Shown in pieces: positions 13,221-29,000 of a DNA stretch of 64,000 bases. This DNA comes from Antedon mediterranea (lineage: Eukaryota; Animalia; Echinodermata). Numbering within the stretch: position 1 is the stretch's first letter; each line of letters starts with the position of its first letter. Both the position numbers and the translations under genes were made by a program. The notes beneath the pieces were generated by a model. It ran no database searches and was not told the origin of the DNA. It saw nothing but the letters and a program-made list of their open reading frames with translations. Location: the NCBI RefSeq assembly GCF_964355755.1, contig NC_092674.1:17422001-17486000 (forward strand). Direction: 5' to 3'.

Positions 13221-15351
13221 TCAGCGAGAGAGAGATAGATCAGCGAGAGAGAGATAGATCAGCGAGAGAGAGATAGATCAGCGAGAGAGAGATAGATCAG
13301 CGAGAGAAAGATAGATCAGCGAGAGAGATAAAGATCAGCGAGAGAGAGATAGATCAGCGAGAGAGAGATAGATCAGCGAGAGAGAGAGAAAGATCAGCGA
13401 GAGAGAGATAAATCAGCGAGAGAGAGATAGATCAGCGAGAGAGAGATAGATCAGCGAGAGAGAGATAGATCAGCGAGAGAGAGATAGATCAGAAAGAGAG
13501 AGATAGATCAGCGATAGAGAGAGATAGATCAGTGAGAGAGAGAGATAGATCAGCGAGAGAGAGATAGATCAGCGAGAGAGAGATAGATCAGCGAGAGGGA
13601 GATAGATCAGCGAGAGAGAGATAGATCAGCGAGAGAGAGATAGATCAGCAAGAGAGAGCGATAGATCAGCGAGAGAGAGAGGTAGATCAGCGAGAGAGAG
13701 AAAGATAGATCAGCGAGAGAGAGATAGAACAGCGAGAGAGATAGATCAGCGAGAGAGAAAGAGATAGATCAGCGAGAGAGAGATAGATCAGCGAGAGAGA
13801 GATAGATCAGCGAGAGAGAGAGATAGATCAGCGAGAGAGAGATAGATCAGCGAGAGAGAGATAGATCAGCGAAAGAGAGATAGATCAGCGAGAGGGAGAT
13901 AGATCAGCGAGAGAGATAGATCAGCGAGAGATAGATAGATCAGCGAGAGAGAGATAGATCAGCGAGAGAGAGATAGATCAGCGAGAGAGAGATAGATCAG
14001 CTAGAGAAAGATAGATCAGCGAGAGAGATATAGATCAGCGAGAGAGAGATAGATCAGCGAGAGAGAGATAGATCAGCGAGAGAGAGAGATAGACCAGCGA
14101 GAGGGAGATAGATCAGCGACAGAGAGATAGATCAGCGAGAGAGAGATAGATCAGCGAGAGAGAGATAGATCAGCGAGAGAGAGACAGATCAGCGAGAGAG
14201 AGAGATATAGATCAGCGAGAGAGAGATAGATCAGCGAGAGAGAGAGATAGATCAGCGAGAGAGAGATAGAACGATCAGCGAGAGAGAGATAGATCAGCGA
14301 GAGAGAGATAGATCAGCGAGAGAGAGATAGATCAGCGAGAGAGATATAAATCAGCGAGAGAGAGAGATAGATCAGCGAGAGAGAGATAGATCAGCGAGAG
14401 AGAGAGATAGATCAGCGAGAGGGAGATAGATCAGCGAGAGAGAGATAGATCAGCGAGATAGCGATAGATCAGCGAGAGAGAGATAGATCAGCGAGAGAGA
14501 GATAGATCAGCGAGAGAGAGATAGATCAGCGAGAGGGAGATAGATCGGGGAGAGAGAGATAGATCAGCGAGAGAGAGAGAAAGATCATCGAGAGAGAGAT
14601 AGATCAGCGAGAGAGAGATAGATCAGCGAGAGAGAGATAGATCAGCGAGAGAGAAATAGATCAGCGAGAGAGAGATAGATCAGCGAGAAAGAGATAGATC
14701 AGCGAGAGAGAGATAGATCAGCGAGAGAGAGATAGATCAGAGAGAGAGATAGATCAGCGATAGAGAGAGATAGATCAGCGAGAGAGAAATAGATCAGCGG
14801 GAGAGAGAGAGATAGATCGAGGAGAGAGAGATAGATCAGCGAGAGAGAGATAGATCAGCGAGAGAGAGATAGATCAGCGAGAGAGAGATAGATCAGCGAG
14901 AGAGAAATAGATCAGCGAGAGAGAGATAGATCAGCGAGAGAGAGATAGATCAGCGAGAGAGAGATAGATCAGCAAGAGAGATATAGATCAGCGAGAGAGA
15001 GATAGATCAGCGAGAGAGAGATAGATCGGCGAGAGAGAGATAGATCAGCGAGAGAGAGAGATAGATCATCGAGAGAGAGATAGATCAGCGAGAGAGAGAT
15101 AGATCAGCGAGAGAGAGATAGATCAGCGAGAGAGAGAGATAGATCAGCGAGAGAGAAATAGATCAGCGAGAGAGAGATAGATCAGCGAGAGAGAGATAAA
15201 TCAGCGAGAGAGAGACACATCAGCGAGAGAAAGACAGATCAGCGAGAGAGAGACAGATCAGCGAGAGAGAGAGAGAGACAGACAGATCAGCGAGAGAGAG
15301 AGACAGATCAGCGAGAGAGACACAGATCAGCGAAAAAGACACAGATCAGCA

Positions 15352-15384
<33 letters not shown>

Positions 15385-18300
15385 TTAGCGAGAGAGAGAC
15401 AGATCAGCGAGAGAGGGACAGATCAGTGAGAGAGAGAGACAGATTGGCTAGAGAGAGACAGATCAGCGAGAGAGAGACAGATCGGCTAGAGAGAGACAGA
15501 TCAGCGAGAGAGAGACAGATCAGCGAGAGAGAGATAGATCAGCGAGAGGGAGATAGATCAGCGAGAGAGAGATAGATCAGTGAGAGAGAGATAGATCAGC
15601 GAGAGAGAGATAGATCAGCGAGAGAGAGAGATAGATCAGCGAGAGAGAGATAGATCAGCGAGAGAGAGATAGATCAGTGAGAGGGAGATAGATCAGAGAG
15701 AGAGAGATAGATCAGCGAGAGAGAGATAGATCAGCGAGAAAGAGAAAGATCAGCGAGAGAGAGATAGATCAGCGAGAGAGAGATAGATCAGCGAGAGAGA
15801 GATAGATCAGCGAGAGAGAGAAAGATCAGCGAGAGAGAGATAGATCAGCGAGAAAGAGATAGATCAGCGAGAGAGAGATAGATCAGCGAGACAGAGATTG
15901 ATCAGCGAGAGAGAGATAGATCAGCGAGAGAGAGATAGATCAGCGAGAGAGAGATAGATCAGCGAGAGAGAGATAGATCAGCGAGAGAGAGATAGATCAG
16001 CGAGAGAGAGATAGATCAGCGAGAGAGAGATAGATCAGCGAGAGAGAGATAGATCAGCGAGAGAGAGATAGATCAGCGAGACAGAGATAGATCAGCGAGA
16101 GAGCGATAGATCAGCGAGAGAGAGATAGATCAGCGAGAGAGAGATAGATTAGCGAGAGAGAGATAGATCAGCGAGAGAGAGATAGATCAGCGAGAGAGAG
16201 ATAGATCAGCGAGAGAGAGACAGATCAGCGAGAGAGAGATAGATAAGCGAGAGAGAGATAGATCAGCGAGACAGATATAGATCAGCGAGAGAGAGATAGA
16301 TCAGCGAGAGAGAGATAGATCAGCGAGAGAGAGATAGATCAACGAGAGAGAGAGATAGATCAACGAGAGAGAGATCAGCGAGAGAGATAGATCAGCGAGA
16401 GAGAGAGATAGGTCAGCGAGAGAGAGATAGATCAGCGAGAGAGAGATAGATCAGCGAGATAGAGATAGATCAGCGAGAGAGAGATAGATCAGCGAGAGAG
16501 AGATAGATCAGCGAGAGCGAGATACATCGGGGAGAGAGAGATAGATCAGCGAGAGAGAGATAGATAAGCGAGAGAGAGATAGATCAGCGAGAGAGAGATA
16601 GATCAGCGAGAGAGATAGATAGATCAGCGAGAGAGAGAGATAGATAGATCAGTTAGAGAGAGATAGATCAGCGAGAGAGAGAGATAGATAAGCCAGAGAG
16701 AGATAGATCAGCGAGAGAGGGATAGATCAGTGAGAGAGAGAGATAGATCAGCGAGAGAGAGAGATAGATCAGCGAGAGAGAGATAGATCAGCGAGAGAGA
16801 GAGATATAGACCAGCGAGAGGGAGATAGATCAGCGAGAGAGAGATAGATCAGCGAAAGAGAGATAGATCAGTGAGAGAGAGATAGATCAGCGAGAGAGAG
16901 ATAGATCAGCGAGAGAGAGAGATAGATCATCGAGAGAGAGATAGATCAGCGAGAGAGATAGATCAGCGAGAGAGAGATAGATCAGCGAGAGAGAGATAGA
17001 TCAGCGAGAGAGAAATAGATCAGCGAGAGAGAGATAGATCAGCGAGAGAGAGATAGATCAGCGAGAGAGAGATAGATCAGCGAGAGAGAGATAGATCAGA
17101 GAGAGAGATAGATCAGCGATAGAGAGAGATAGATCAGCGAGAGAGAAATAGATCAGCGGGAGAGAGAGAGATAGATCGAGGAGAGAGAGATAGATCAGCG
17201 AGAGAGAGATAGATCAGCGAGAGAGAGATAGATCAGCGAGAGAGAGATAGATCAGCGAGAGAGAAATAGATCAGCGAGAAAGAGTTAGATCAGCGAGAGA
17301 GAGATAGATCAGCGAGAGAGAGAGATAGATCAGCGAGAGAGAGATAGATCAGCGAGAGAGAGATAGATCAGCGAGAGAGAGATAGATCAGCGAGAGAGAG
17401 AGATAGATCATCGAGAGAGAGATAGATCAGCGAGAGAGAGATAGATCAGCGAGAGAGAGATAGATCAGCGAGAGAGAGATAGATCAGCGAGAGAGAAATA
17501 GATCAGCGAGAGAGAGATAGATCAGCGAGAGAGAGATAGATCAGCGAGAGAGAGATAGATCAGCGAGAGAGAGATAGATCAGAGAGAGAGAGATAGATCA
17601 GCGATAGAGAGAGATAGATCAGCGAGAGAGAAATAGATCAGCGGGAGAGAGAGAGATAGATCGAGGAGAGAGAGATAGATCAGCGAGAGAGAGAGAGATC
17701 AGCGAGAGAGAGATAGATCAGCGAGAGAGAGATAGATCAGCGAGAGAGAGATAGATCAGCGAGAGAGAGATAGATCAGCGAGAGAGAGATAGATCAGCGA
17801 GAGAGAGCGATAGATCAGCGAGAGAGAGAGGTAGATCAGCGAGAGAGAAAGAGATAGATCAGCGAGAGAGAGATAGATCAGCGAGAGAGAGAGATAGATC
17901 AGCGAGAGAGAGATAGATCAGCGAGAGAGAGAGAGAGAGAGAGAGATAGATCAGCGAGAGAGAGATAGATCAGCGAGAGAGAGAAAGATCAGCGAGAGAG
18001 ATATAGATCAGCGAGAGAGAGATAGATCAGCGAGAGAGAGATAGATCAGCGAGAGAGAGAGAAAGATCAGCGAGAGAGAGATAGATCAGCGAGAAAGAGA
18101 TAGATCAGCGAGAGAGAGATAGATCAGCGAGAGAGAGATAGATCAGCGAGAGAGAGATAGATCAGCGAGAGAGAAATAGATCAGAGAGAGAGAGATAGAT
18201 CAGCGAGAGAGAGATAGATCAGCGAGAGAGAGATAGATCAGCGAGAGAGAGATAGATCAGCGAGAGAGAGATAGATCAGCGAGAGAGAGATAGATCAGCG

Positions 18301-21300
18301 AGAGAGAGATAGATCAGCGAGAGAGAGAGAGATAGATCGAGAGGAGAGAGATAGATCAGCGAGAGAGAGATAGATCAGCGAGACAGAGATAGATCAGCGA
18401 GAGAGAGATAGATAAGCGGGAGAGAGATAGATCAGCGAGAGAGATATAGATCAGCGAGAAAGAGATAGATCAGCGAGAGAGAGATAGATCGGCGAGAGAG
18501 AGATAGATCAACGAGAGAGAGAGATAGATCAACGAGAGAGAGATCAGCGAGAGAGATAGATCAGCGAGAGAGAGAGATAGGTCAGCGAGAGAGAGATAGA
18601 TCAGCGAGAGAGAGATAGATCAGCGAGACAGAGATAGATCAGCGAGAGCGAAATACATCGGGGAGAGAGAGATAGATCAGCGAGAGAGAGATAGATAAGC
18701 GAGAGAGAGATAGATCAGCGAGAGAGAGATAGATCAGCGAGAGAGAGATAGATCAGCGAGAGAGATAGATAGATCAGCGAGAGAGAGAGATAGATAGATC
18801 AGTTAGAGAGAGATAGATCAGCGAGAGAGAGAGATAGATAAGCCAGAGAGAGATAGATCAGCGAGAGAGAGATAGATCAGTGAGAGAGAGAGATAGATCA
18901 GCGAGAAAGAGATAGATCAGCGAGAGAGAGATAGATCAGCGAGAGAGAGAGATATAGACCAGCGAGAGGGAGATAGATCAGCGAGAGAGAGATAGATCAG
19001 CGAGAGAGAGATAGATCAGCGAGAGAGAGATAGATCAGCGAGAGAGAGATAGATCAGCGAGAGAGAGAGATAGATCATCGAGAGAGAGATAGATCAGCGA
19101 GAGAGATAGATCAGCGAAAGAGAGATAGATCAGCGAGAGAGAGATAGATCAGCGAGAGAGAAATAGATCAGCGAGAGAGAGATAGATCAGCGAGAGAGAG
19201 ATAGATCAGCGAGAGAGAAATAGATCAGCGAGAGAGAGATAGATCAGAGAGAGAGAGATAGATCAGCGATAGAGAGAGATAGATCAGCGAGAGAGAAATA
19301 GATCAGCGGGAGAGAGAGAGATAGATCGAGGAGAGAGATAGATCAGCGAGAGAGAGATAGATCAGCGAGAGAGAGATAGATCAGCGAGAGAGAGATAGAT
19401 CAGCGAGAAAGAAATAGATCAGCGAGAGAGAGATTGATCAGCGAGAGAGAGATAGATCAGTGAGCAAGAGATAGATCAGCGAGAGAGAGATAGATCAGCG
19501 AGAGAGAGATAGATCAGCGAGAGAGAGATAGATCAGCGAGAGAGAGATAGATCAGCGAGAGAGAGAGATAGATAATCGAGAGAGAGATAGATCAGTGAGA
19601 GAGAGATAGATCCGCGAGAGAGAGATAGATCAGCGAGAGAGAGATAGATCAACGAGAGAGAAATAGATCGGCGAGAGAGAGATAGATCAGCGAGAGAGAG
19701 ATAGATCAGCGAGAGAGAGATAGATCAGCGAGAGAGAGATAGATCAGAGAGAGAGAGATAGATCAGCGATAGAGAGAGATAGATCAGCGAGAGAGAAATA
19801 GATCAGCGGGAGAGAGAGAGATAGATCGAGGAGAGAGAGATAGATCAGCGAGAGAGAGAGATCAGCGAGAGAGAGATAGTTCAGCGAGAGAGAGATAGAT
19901 CAGTGAGAGAGAGATAGATCAGCGAGAAAGAGATAGATCAGCGAGAGAGAGATAGATCAGCGAGAGAGAGCGATAGATCAGCGAGAGAGAGAGGTAGATC
20001 AGCGAGAGAGAAAGAGATAGATCAGCGAGAGAGAGATAGATCAGCGAGAGAGAGAGATAGATCAGCGAGAGAGAGATAGATCAGCGAGAGAGAGAGAGAG
20101 ATAGATCAGCGAGAGAGAGATAGATCAGTGAGAGAGATATAGATCAGCGAGAGAGAGATAGATCAGCGAGAGAGAGATAGATCAGCGAGAGAGAGAGAAA
20201 GATCAGCGAGAGAGAGATAGATCAGCGAGAGAGAAATAGATCAGCGAGAGAGAGATAGATCAGCGAGAGAGAGATAGATCAGCAAGAGAGAGATAGATCA
20301 GCGAGAGAGAGATAGATCAGAGAGAGAGAGATAGATCAGCGATAGAGAGAGATAGATCAGTGAGAAAGAGAGAGAGATAGATCAGCGAGAGAGAGATAGA
20401 TCAGCGAGAGAGAGATAGATCAGCGAGAGGGAGATAGATCAGCGAGAGAGAGAGAGATAGATCAGCGAGAGAGAGATAGATCAGCGAGAGAGAGATAGAT
20501 CAGCGAGAGGGAGATAGATCAGCGAGAGAGAGATAGGTCAGCGAGATAGAGATAGATCAGCGAGAGAGAGATAGATCAGCGAGATAGAGATAGATCAGCG
20601 AGAGAGAGATAGATCAGCGAGAGAGAGATAGATCAGTGAGAGAGAGATAGATGAGCGAGAGAGAGAGATAGATCAGCGAGAGAGAGATAGATCAGCGAGA
20701 GAGAGATAGATCAGCGAGAGAGAAATAGATCAGCGAGAGAGAGATAGATCAGCGAGAGAGAGAGAGATAGATCAGCGAGAGAGAGATAGATCAGCGAGAG
20801 AGAGATAGATCAGCGGGAGAGAGATAGATCAGCGAGAGAGAGATATAGATCAGCGAGAGAGAAATAGATCAGCGGGAGAGAGAGAGATAGATCGAGGAGA
20901 GAGAGATAGATCAGCGAGAGAGATAAAGATCAGCGAGAGAGAGATAGATCAGCGAGAGAGAGATAGATCAGCGAGAGAGAGAGAAAGATCAGCGAGAGAG
21001 AGATAAATCAGCGAGAGAGAGATAGATCAGCGAGAGAGAGATAGATCAGTGAGAGAGAGAGAGATAGATCAGCGAGAGAGAGATAGATCAGCGAGAGAGA
21101 GATAGATCAGAAAGAGAGAGATAGATCAGCGATAGAGAGAGATAGATCAGTGAGAGAGAGAGATAGATCAGCGAGAGAGAGATAGATCAGCGAGAGAGAG
21201 ATAGATCAGCGAGAAGGAGATAGATCAGCGAGAGAGAGATAGATCAGCGAGAGAGATAGATCAGCAAGAGAGAGCGATAGATCAGCGAGAGAGAGAGGTA

Positions 21301-22984
21301 GATCAGCGAGAGAGAGAAAGATAGATCAGCGAGAGAGAGATAGAACAGCGAGAGAGAGATAGATCAGCGAGAGAGAAAGAGATAGATCAGCGAGAGAGAG
21401 ATAGATCAGCGAGAGAGAGATAGATCAGCGAGAGAGAGAGATAGATCAGCGAGAGAGAGATAGATCAGCGAGAGAGAGATAGATCAGCGAAAGAGAGATA
21501 GATCAGCGAGAGGGAGATAGATCAGCGAGAGAGATAGATCAGCGAGAGATAGATAGATCAGCGAGAAAGAGATAGATCAGCGAGAGAGAGATAGATCAGC
21601 GAGAGAGAGATAGATCAGCTAGAGAAAGATAGATCAGCGAGAGAGATATAGATCAGCGAGAGAGAGATAGATCAGCGAGAGAGAGATAGATCAGCGAGAG
21701 AGAGAGATAGACCAGCGAGAGGGAGATAGATCAGCGACAGAGAGATAGATCAGCGAGAGAGAGATAGATCAGCGAGAGAGAGATAGATCAGCGAGAGAGA
21801 GACAGATCAGCGAGAGAGAGAGATATAGATCAGCGAGAGAGAGATAGATCAGCGAAAGAGAGAGATAGATCAGCGAGAGAGAGATAGAACGATCAGCGAG
21901 AGAGAGATAGATCAGCGAGAGAGAGATAGATCAGCGAGAGAGAGATAGATCAGCGAGAGAGATATAAATCAGCGAGAGAGAGAGATAGATCAGCGAGAGA
22001 GAGATAGATCAGCGAGAGAGAGAGATAGATCAGCGAGAGAGAGATAGATCAGCAAGAGAGAGATAGATCAGCGAGATAGCGATAGATCAGCGAGAGAGAG
22101 ATAGATCAGCGAGAGAGAGATAGATCAGCGAGAGAGAGATAGATCAGCGAGAGGGAGATAGATCGGGGAGAGAGAGATAGATCAGCGAGAGAGAGAGATA
22201 GATCATCGAGAGAGAGATAGATCAGCGAGAGAGAGATAGATCAGCGAGAGAGAGATAGATCAGCGAGAGAGAAATAGATCAGCGAGAGAGAGATAGATCA
22301 GCGAGAAAGAGATAGATCAGCGAGAGAGAGATAGATCAGCGAGAGAGAGATAGATCAGAGAGAGAGATAGATCAGCGATAGAGAGAGATAGATCAGCGAG
22401 AGAGAAATAGATCAGCGGGAGAGAGAGAGATAGATCGAGGAGAGAGAGATAGATCAGCGAGAGAGAGATAGATCAGCGAGAGAGAGATAGATCAGCGAGA
22501 GAGAGATAGATCAGCGAGAGAGAAATAGATCAGCGAGAGAGAGATAGATCAGCGAGAGAGAGATAGATCAGCGAGAGAGAGATAGATCAGCAAGAGAGAT
22601 ATAGATCAGCGAGAGAGAGATAGATCAGCGAGAGAGAGATAGATCAGCGAGAGAGAGATAGATCGGCGAGAGAGAGATAGATCAGCGAGAGAGAGAGATA
22701 GATCATCGAGAGAGAGATAGATCAGCGAGAGAGAGATAGATCAGCGAGAGAGAGATAGATCAGCGAGAGAGAGAGATAGATCAGCGAGAGAGAAATAGAT
22801 CAGCGAGAGAGAGATAGATCAGCGAGAGAGAGATAAATCAGCGAGAGAGAGACACATCAGCGAGAGAAAGACAGATCAGCGAGAGAGAGACAGATCAGCG
22901 AGAGAGAGAGAGAGAGAGAGACAGATCAGCGAGAGAGAGAGACAGATCAGCGAGAGAGACACAGATCAGCGAAAAAGACACAGA

Positions 22985-23037
<53 letters not shown>

Positions 23038-26000
23038 TTAGCGAGAGAGAGACAGATCAGCGAGAGAGGGACAGATCAGTGAGAAAGAGAGACAGATTGG
23101 CTAGAGAGAGACAGATCAGCGAGAGAGAGACAGATCGGCTAGAGAGAGACAGATCAGCGAGAGAGAGACAGATCAGCGAGAGACAGATAGATCAGCGAGA
23201 GGGAGATAGATCAGCGAGAGAGAGATAGATCAGTGAGAGAGAGATAGATCAGCGAGAGAGAGATAGATCAGCGAGAGAGAGAGATAGATCAGCGAGAGAG
23301 AGATAGATCAGCGAGAGAGAGATAGATCAGTGAGAGGGAGATAGATCAGAGAGAGAGAGAGATAGATCAGCGAGAGAGAGATAGATCAGCGAGAGAGAGA
23401 TAGATCAGCGAGAGAGATAGATCAGCGAGAGAGAGATAGATCAGCGAGAGAGAGATAGATCAGCGAGAGAGAGATAGATCAGCGAGAGAGAGATAGATCA
23501 GCGAGAGAGAGATAGATCAGCGAGAGAGAGATAGATCAGCGAGACAGAGATAGATCAGCGAGAGAGCGATAGATCAGCGAGAGAGAGATAGATCAGCGAG
23601 AGAGAGATAGATTAGCGAGAGAGAGATAGATCAGCGAGAGAGAGATAGATCAGCGAGAGAGAGATAGATCAGCGAGAGAGAGACAGATCAGCGAGAGAGA
23701 GATAGATAAGCGAGAGAGAGATAGATCAGCGAGACAGATATAGATCAGCGAGAGAGAGATAGATCAGCGAGAGAGAGATAGATCAGCGAGAGAGAGATAG
23801 ATCAACGAGAGAGAGAGATAGATCAACGAGAGAGAGATCAGCGAGAGAGATAGATCAGCGAGAGAGAGAGATAGGTCAGCGAGAGAGAGATAGATCAGCG
23901 AGAGAGAGATAGATCAGCGAGATAGAGATAGATCAGCGAGAGAGAGATAGATCAGCGAGAGAGAGATAGATCAGCGAGAGCGAGATACATCGGGGAGAGA
24001 GAGATAGATCAGCGAGAGAGAGATAGATAAGCGAGAGAGAGATAGATCAGCGAGAGAGAGATAGATCAGCGAGAGAGATAGATAGATCAGCGAGAGAGAG
24101 AGATAGATAGATCAGTTAGAGAGAGATAGATCAGCGAGAGAGAGAGATAGATAAGCCAGAGAGAGATAGATCAGCGAGAGAGGGATAGATCAGTGAGAGA
24201 GAGAGATAGATCAGCGAGAGAGAGAGATAGATCAGCGAGAGAGAGATAGATCAGCGAGAGAGAGAGATATAGACCAGCGAGAGGGAGATAGATCAGCGAG
24301 AGAGAGATAGATCAGCGAAAGAGAGATAGATCAGTGAGAGAGAGATAGATCAGCGAGAGAGAGATAGATCAGCGAGAGAGAGAGATAGATCATCGAGAGA
24401 GAGATAGATCAGCGAGAGAGATAGATCAGCGAGAGAGAGATAGATCAGCGAGAGAGAGATAGATCAGCGAGAGAGAAATAGATCAGCGAGAGAGAGATAG
24501 ATCAGCGAGAGAGAGATAGATCAGCGAGAGAGAGATAGATCAGCGAGAGAGAGATAGATCAGAGAGAGAGATAGATCAGCGATAGAGAGAGATAGATCAG
24601 CGAGAGAGAAATAAATCAGCGGGAGAGAGAGAGATAGATCGAGGAGAGAGAGATAGATCAGCGAGAGAGAGATAGATCAGCGAGAGAGAGATAGATCAGC
24701 GAGAGAGAGATAGATCAGCGAGAGAGAAATAGATCAGCGAGAAAGAGTTAGATCAGCGAGAGAGAGATAGATCAGCGAGAGAGAGATAGATCAGCGAGAG
24801 AGAGATAGATCAGCGAGAGAGAGATAGATCAGCGAGAGAGAGATAGATCAGCGAGAGAGAGAGATAGATCATCGAGAGAGAGATAGATCAGCGAGAGAGA
24901 GATAGATCAGCGAGAGAGAGATAGATCAGCGAGAGAGAGATAGATCAGCGAGAGAGAAATAGATCAGCGAGAGAGAGATAGATCAGCGAGAGAGAGATAG
25001 ATCAGCGAGAGAGAGATAGATCAGAGAGAGAGAGATAGATCAGCGATAGAGAGAGATAGATCAGCGAGAGAGAAATAGATCAGCGGGAGAGAGAGAGATA
25101 GATCGAGGAGAGAGAGATAGATCAGCGAGAGAGAGAGAGATCAGCGAGAGAGAGATAGATCAGCGAGAGAGAGATAGATCAGCGAGAGAGAGATAGATCA
25201 GCGAGAGAGAGAGATAGATCAGCGAGAGAGAGATAGATCAGCGAGAGAGAGCGATAGATCAGCGAGAGAGAGAGGTAGATCAGCGAGAGAGAAAGAGATA
25301 GATCAGCGAGAGAGAGATAGATCAGCGAGAGAGAGAGATAGATCAGCGAGAGAGAGATAGATCAGCGAGAGAGAGAGAGAGAGATAGATCAGCGAGAGAG
25401 AGATAGATCAGCGAGAGAGAGAAAGATCAGCGAGAGAGATATAGATCAGCGAGAGAGAGATAGATCAGCGAGAGAGAGATAGATCAGCGAGAGAGAGAGA
25501 AAGATCAGCGAGAAAGAGATAGATCAGCGAGAGAGAGATAGATCAGCGAGAGAGAGATAGATCAGCGAGAGAGAGATAGATCAGCGAGAGAGAGATAGAT
25601 CAGCGAGAGAGAAATAGATCAGAGAGAGAGAGAGATAGATCAGCGAGAGAGAGATAGATCAGCGAGAGAGAGATAGATCAGCGAGAGAGAGATAGATCAG
25701 CGAGAGAGAGATAGATCAGCGAGAGAGAGATAGATCAGCGAGAGAGAGATAGATCAGCGAGAGAGAGAGAGATAGATCGAGAGGAGAGAGATAGATCAGC
25801 GAGAGAGAGATAGATCAGCGAGACAGAGATAGATCAGCGAGAGAGAGATAGATAAGCGGGAGAGAGATAGATCAGCGAGAGAGATATAGATCAGCGAGAA
25901 AGAGATAGATCAGCGAGAGAGAGATAGATCGGCGAGAGAGAGATAGATCAACGAGAGAGAGAGATAGATCAACGAGAGAGAGATCAGTGAGAGAGATAGA

Positions 26001-29000
26001 TCAGCGAGAGAGAGAGATAGGTCAGCGAGAGAGAGATAGATCATCGAGAGAGAGATAGATCAGCGAGACAGAGATAGATCAGCGAGAGCGAAATACATCG
26101 GGGAGAGAGAGATAGATCAGCGAGAGAGAGATAGATAAGCGAGAGAGAGATATATCAGCGAGAGAGAGATAGATCAGCGAGAGAGAGATAGATCAGCGAG
26201 AGAGATAGATAGATCAGCGAGAGAGAGAGATAGATAGATCAGTTAGAGAGAGATAGATCAGCGAGAGAGAGAGATAGATAAGCCAGAGAGAGATAGATCA
26301 GCGAGAGAGAGATAGATCAGTGAGAGAGAGAGATAGATCAGCGAGAAAGAGATAGATCAGCGAGAGAGAGATAGATCAGCGAGAGAGAGAGATATAGACC
26401 AGCGAGAGGGAGATAGATCAGCGAGAGAGAGATAGATCAGCGAGAGAGAGATAGATCAGCGAGAGAGAGATAGATCAGCGAGAGAGAGATAGATCAGCGA
26501 GAGAGAGATAGATCATCGAGAGAGAGATAGATCAGCGAGAGAGATAGATCAGCGAAAGAGAGATAGATCAGCGAGAGAGAGATAGATCAGCGAGAGAGAA
26601 ATAGATCAGCGAGAGAGAGATAGATCAGCGAGAGAGAGATAGATCAGCGAGAGAGAAATAGATCAGCGAGAGAGAGATAGATCAGAGAGAGAGAGAGATA
26701 GATCAGCGATAGAGAGAGATAGATCAGCGAGAGAGAAATAGATCAGCGGGAGAGAGAGAGATAGATCGAGGAGAGAGAGATAGATCAGCGAGAGAGAGAT
26801 AGATCAGCGAGAGAGAGATAGATCAGGGAGAGAGAGATAGATCAGCGAGAAAGAAATAGATCAGCGAGAGAGAGATTGATCAGCGAGAGAGAGATAGATC
26901 AGCGAGCAAGAGATAGATCAGCGAGAGAGAGATAGATCAGCGAGAGAGAGATAGATCAGCGAGAGAGAGATAGATCAGCGAGAGAGAGAGATAGATAATC
27001 GAGAGAGAGATAGATCAGCGAGAGAGAGATAGATCCGCGAGAGAGAGATAGATCAGCGAGAGAGAGATAGATCAACGAGAGAGAAATAGATCGGCGAGAG
27101 AGAGATAGATCAGCGAGAGAGAGATAGATCAGCGAGAGAGAGATAGATCAGCGAGAGAGAGATAGATCAGAGAGAGAGAGATAGATCAGCGATAGAGAGA
27201 GATAGATCAGCGAGAGAGAAATAGATCAGCGGGAGAGAGAGAGATAGATCGAGGAGAGAGAGATAGATCAGCGAGAGAGAGAGAGATCAGCGAGAGAGAG
27301 ATAGATCAGCGAGAGAGAGATAGATCAGCGAGAGAGAGATAGATCAGCGAGAAAGAGATAGATCAGCGAGAGAGAGATAGATCAGCGAGAGAGAGCGATA
27401 GATCAGCGAGAGAGAGAGGTAGATCAGCGAGAGAGAAAGAGATAGATCAGCGAGAGAGAGATAGATCAGCGAGAGAGAGAGATAGATCAGCGAGAGAGAG
27501 ATAGATCAGCGAGAGAGAGAGAGAGAGAGATAGATCAGCGAGAGAGAGATAGATCAGCGAGAGAGATATAGATCAGCGAGAGAGAGATAGATCAGCGAGA
27601 GAGAGATAGATCAGCGAGAGAGAGAGAAAGATCAGCGAGAGAGAGATAGATCAGCGAGAGAGAGATAGATCAGCGAGAGAGAGATAGATCAGCGAGAGAG
27701 AGATAGATCAGCAAGAGAGAGATAGATCAGCGAGAGAGAGATAGATCAGAGAGAGAGAGATAGATCAGCGATAGAGAGAGATAGATCAGTGAGAAAGAGA
27801 GAGAGATAGATCAGCGAGAGAGAGATAGATCAGCGAGAGAGAGATAGATCAGCGAGAGGGAGATAGATCAGCGAGAGAGAGAGAGATAGATCAGCGAGAG
27901 AGAGATAGATCAGCGAGAGAGAGATAGATCAGCGAGAGGGAGATAGATCAGCGAGAGAGAGATAGGTCAGCGAGATAGAGATAGATCAGCGAGAGAGAGA
28001 TAGATCAGCGAGATAGAGATAGATCAGCGAGAGAGAGATAGATCAGCGAGAGAGAGATAGATCAGTGAGAGAGAGATAGATGAGCGAGAGAGAGAGATAG
28101 ATCAGCGAGAGAGAGATAGATCAGCGAGAGAGAGATAGATCAGCGAGAGAGAAATAGATCAGCGAGAGAGAGATAGATCAGCGAGAGAGAGAGAGATAGA
28201 TCAGCGAGAGAGAGATAGATCAGCGAGAGAGAGATAGATCAGCGGGAGAGAGATAGATCAGCGAGAGAGAGATATAGATCAGCGAGAGAGAAATAGATCA
28301 GCGGGAGAGAGAGAGATAGATCGAGGAGAGAGAGATAGATCAGCGAGAGAGAGATAGATCAGCGAGAGAGAGATAGATCAGCAAGAGAGAGATAGATCAG
28401 CGAGAGAGAAATAGATCAGCGAGAGAGAGATAGATCAGCGAGAGAGAGAGATAGATCAGCGAGAGAGAGAGAGATAGATCAGCGAGAGAGAGATAGATCA
28501 GCGAGAGAGAAATAGATCAGCGAGAGAGAGATAGATCAACGAGAGAGATATAGATCAGCGAGAGAGAGATAGATCAGCGAGAGAGAGAGATAGATCATCG
28601 AGAGAGAGATAGATCAGCGAGAGAGATAGATCAGCGAGAGAGAGATAGATCAGCGAGAGAGAGATAGATCAACGAGAGAGAAATAGATCAGCGAGAGAGA
28701 GATAGATCAGCGAGAGAGAGATAGATCAGCGAGAGAGAGATAGATCAGCGAGAGAGAGATAGATCAGAGAGAGAGAGATAGATCAGCGATAGAGAGAGAT
28801 AGATCAGCGAGAGAGAAATAGATCAGCGGGAGAGAGAGAGATAGATCGAGGAGAGAGAGATAGATCAGCGAGAGAGAGAGAGATCAGCGAGAGAGAGATA
28901 GATCAGCGAGAGAGAGATAGATCAGCGAGAGAGAGATAGATCAGCGAGAGAGAGATATATCAGCGAGAGAGAGATAGATCAGCGAGAGAGAGCGATAGAT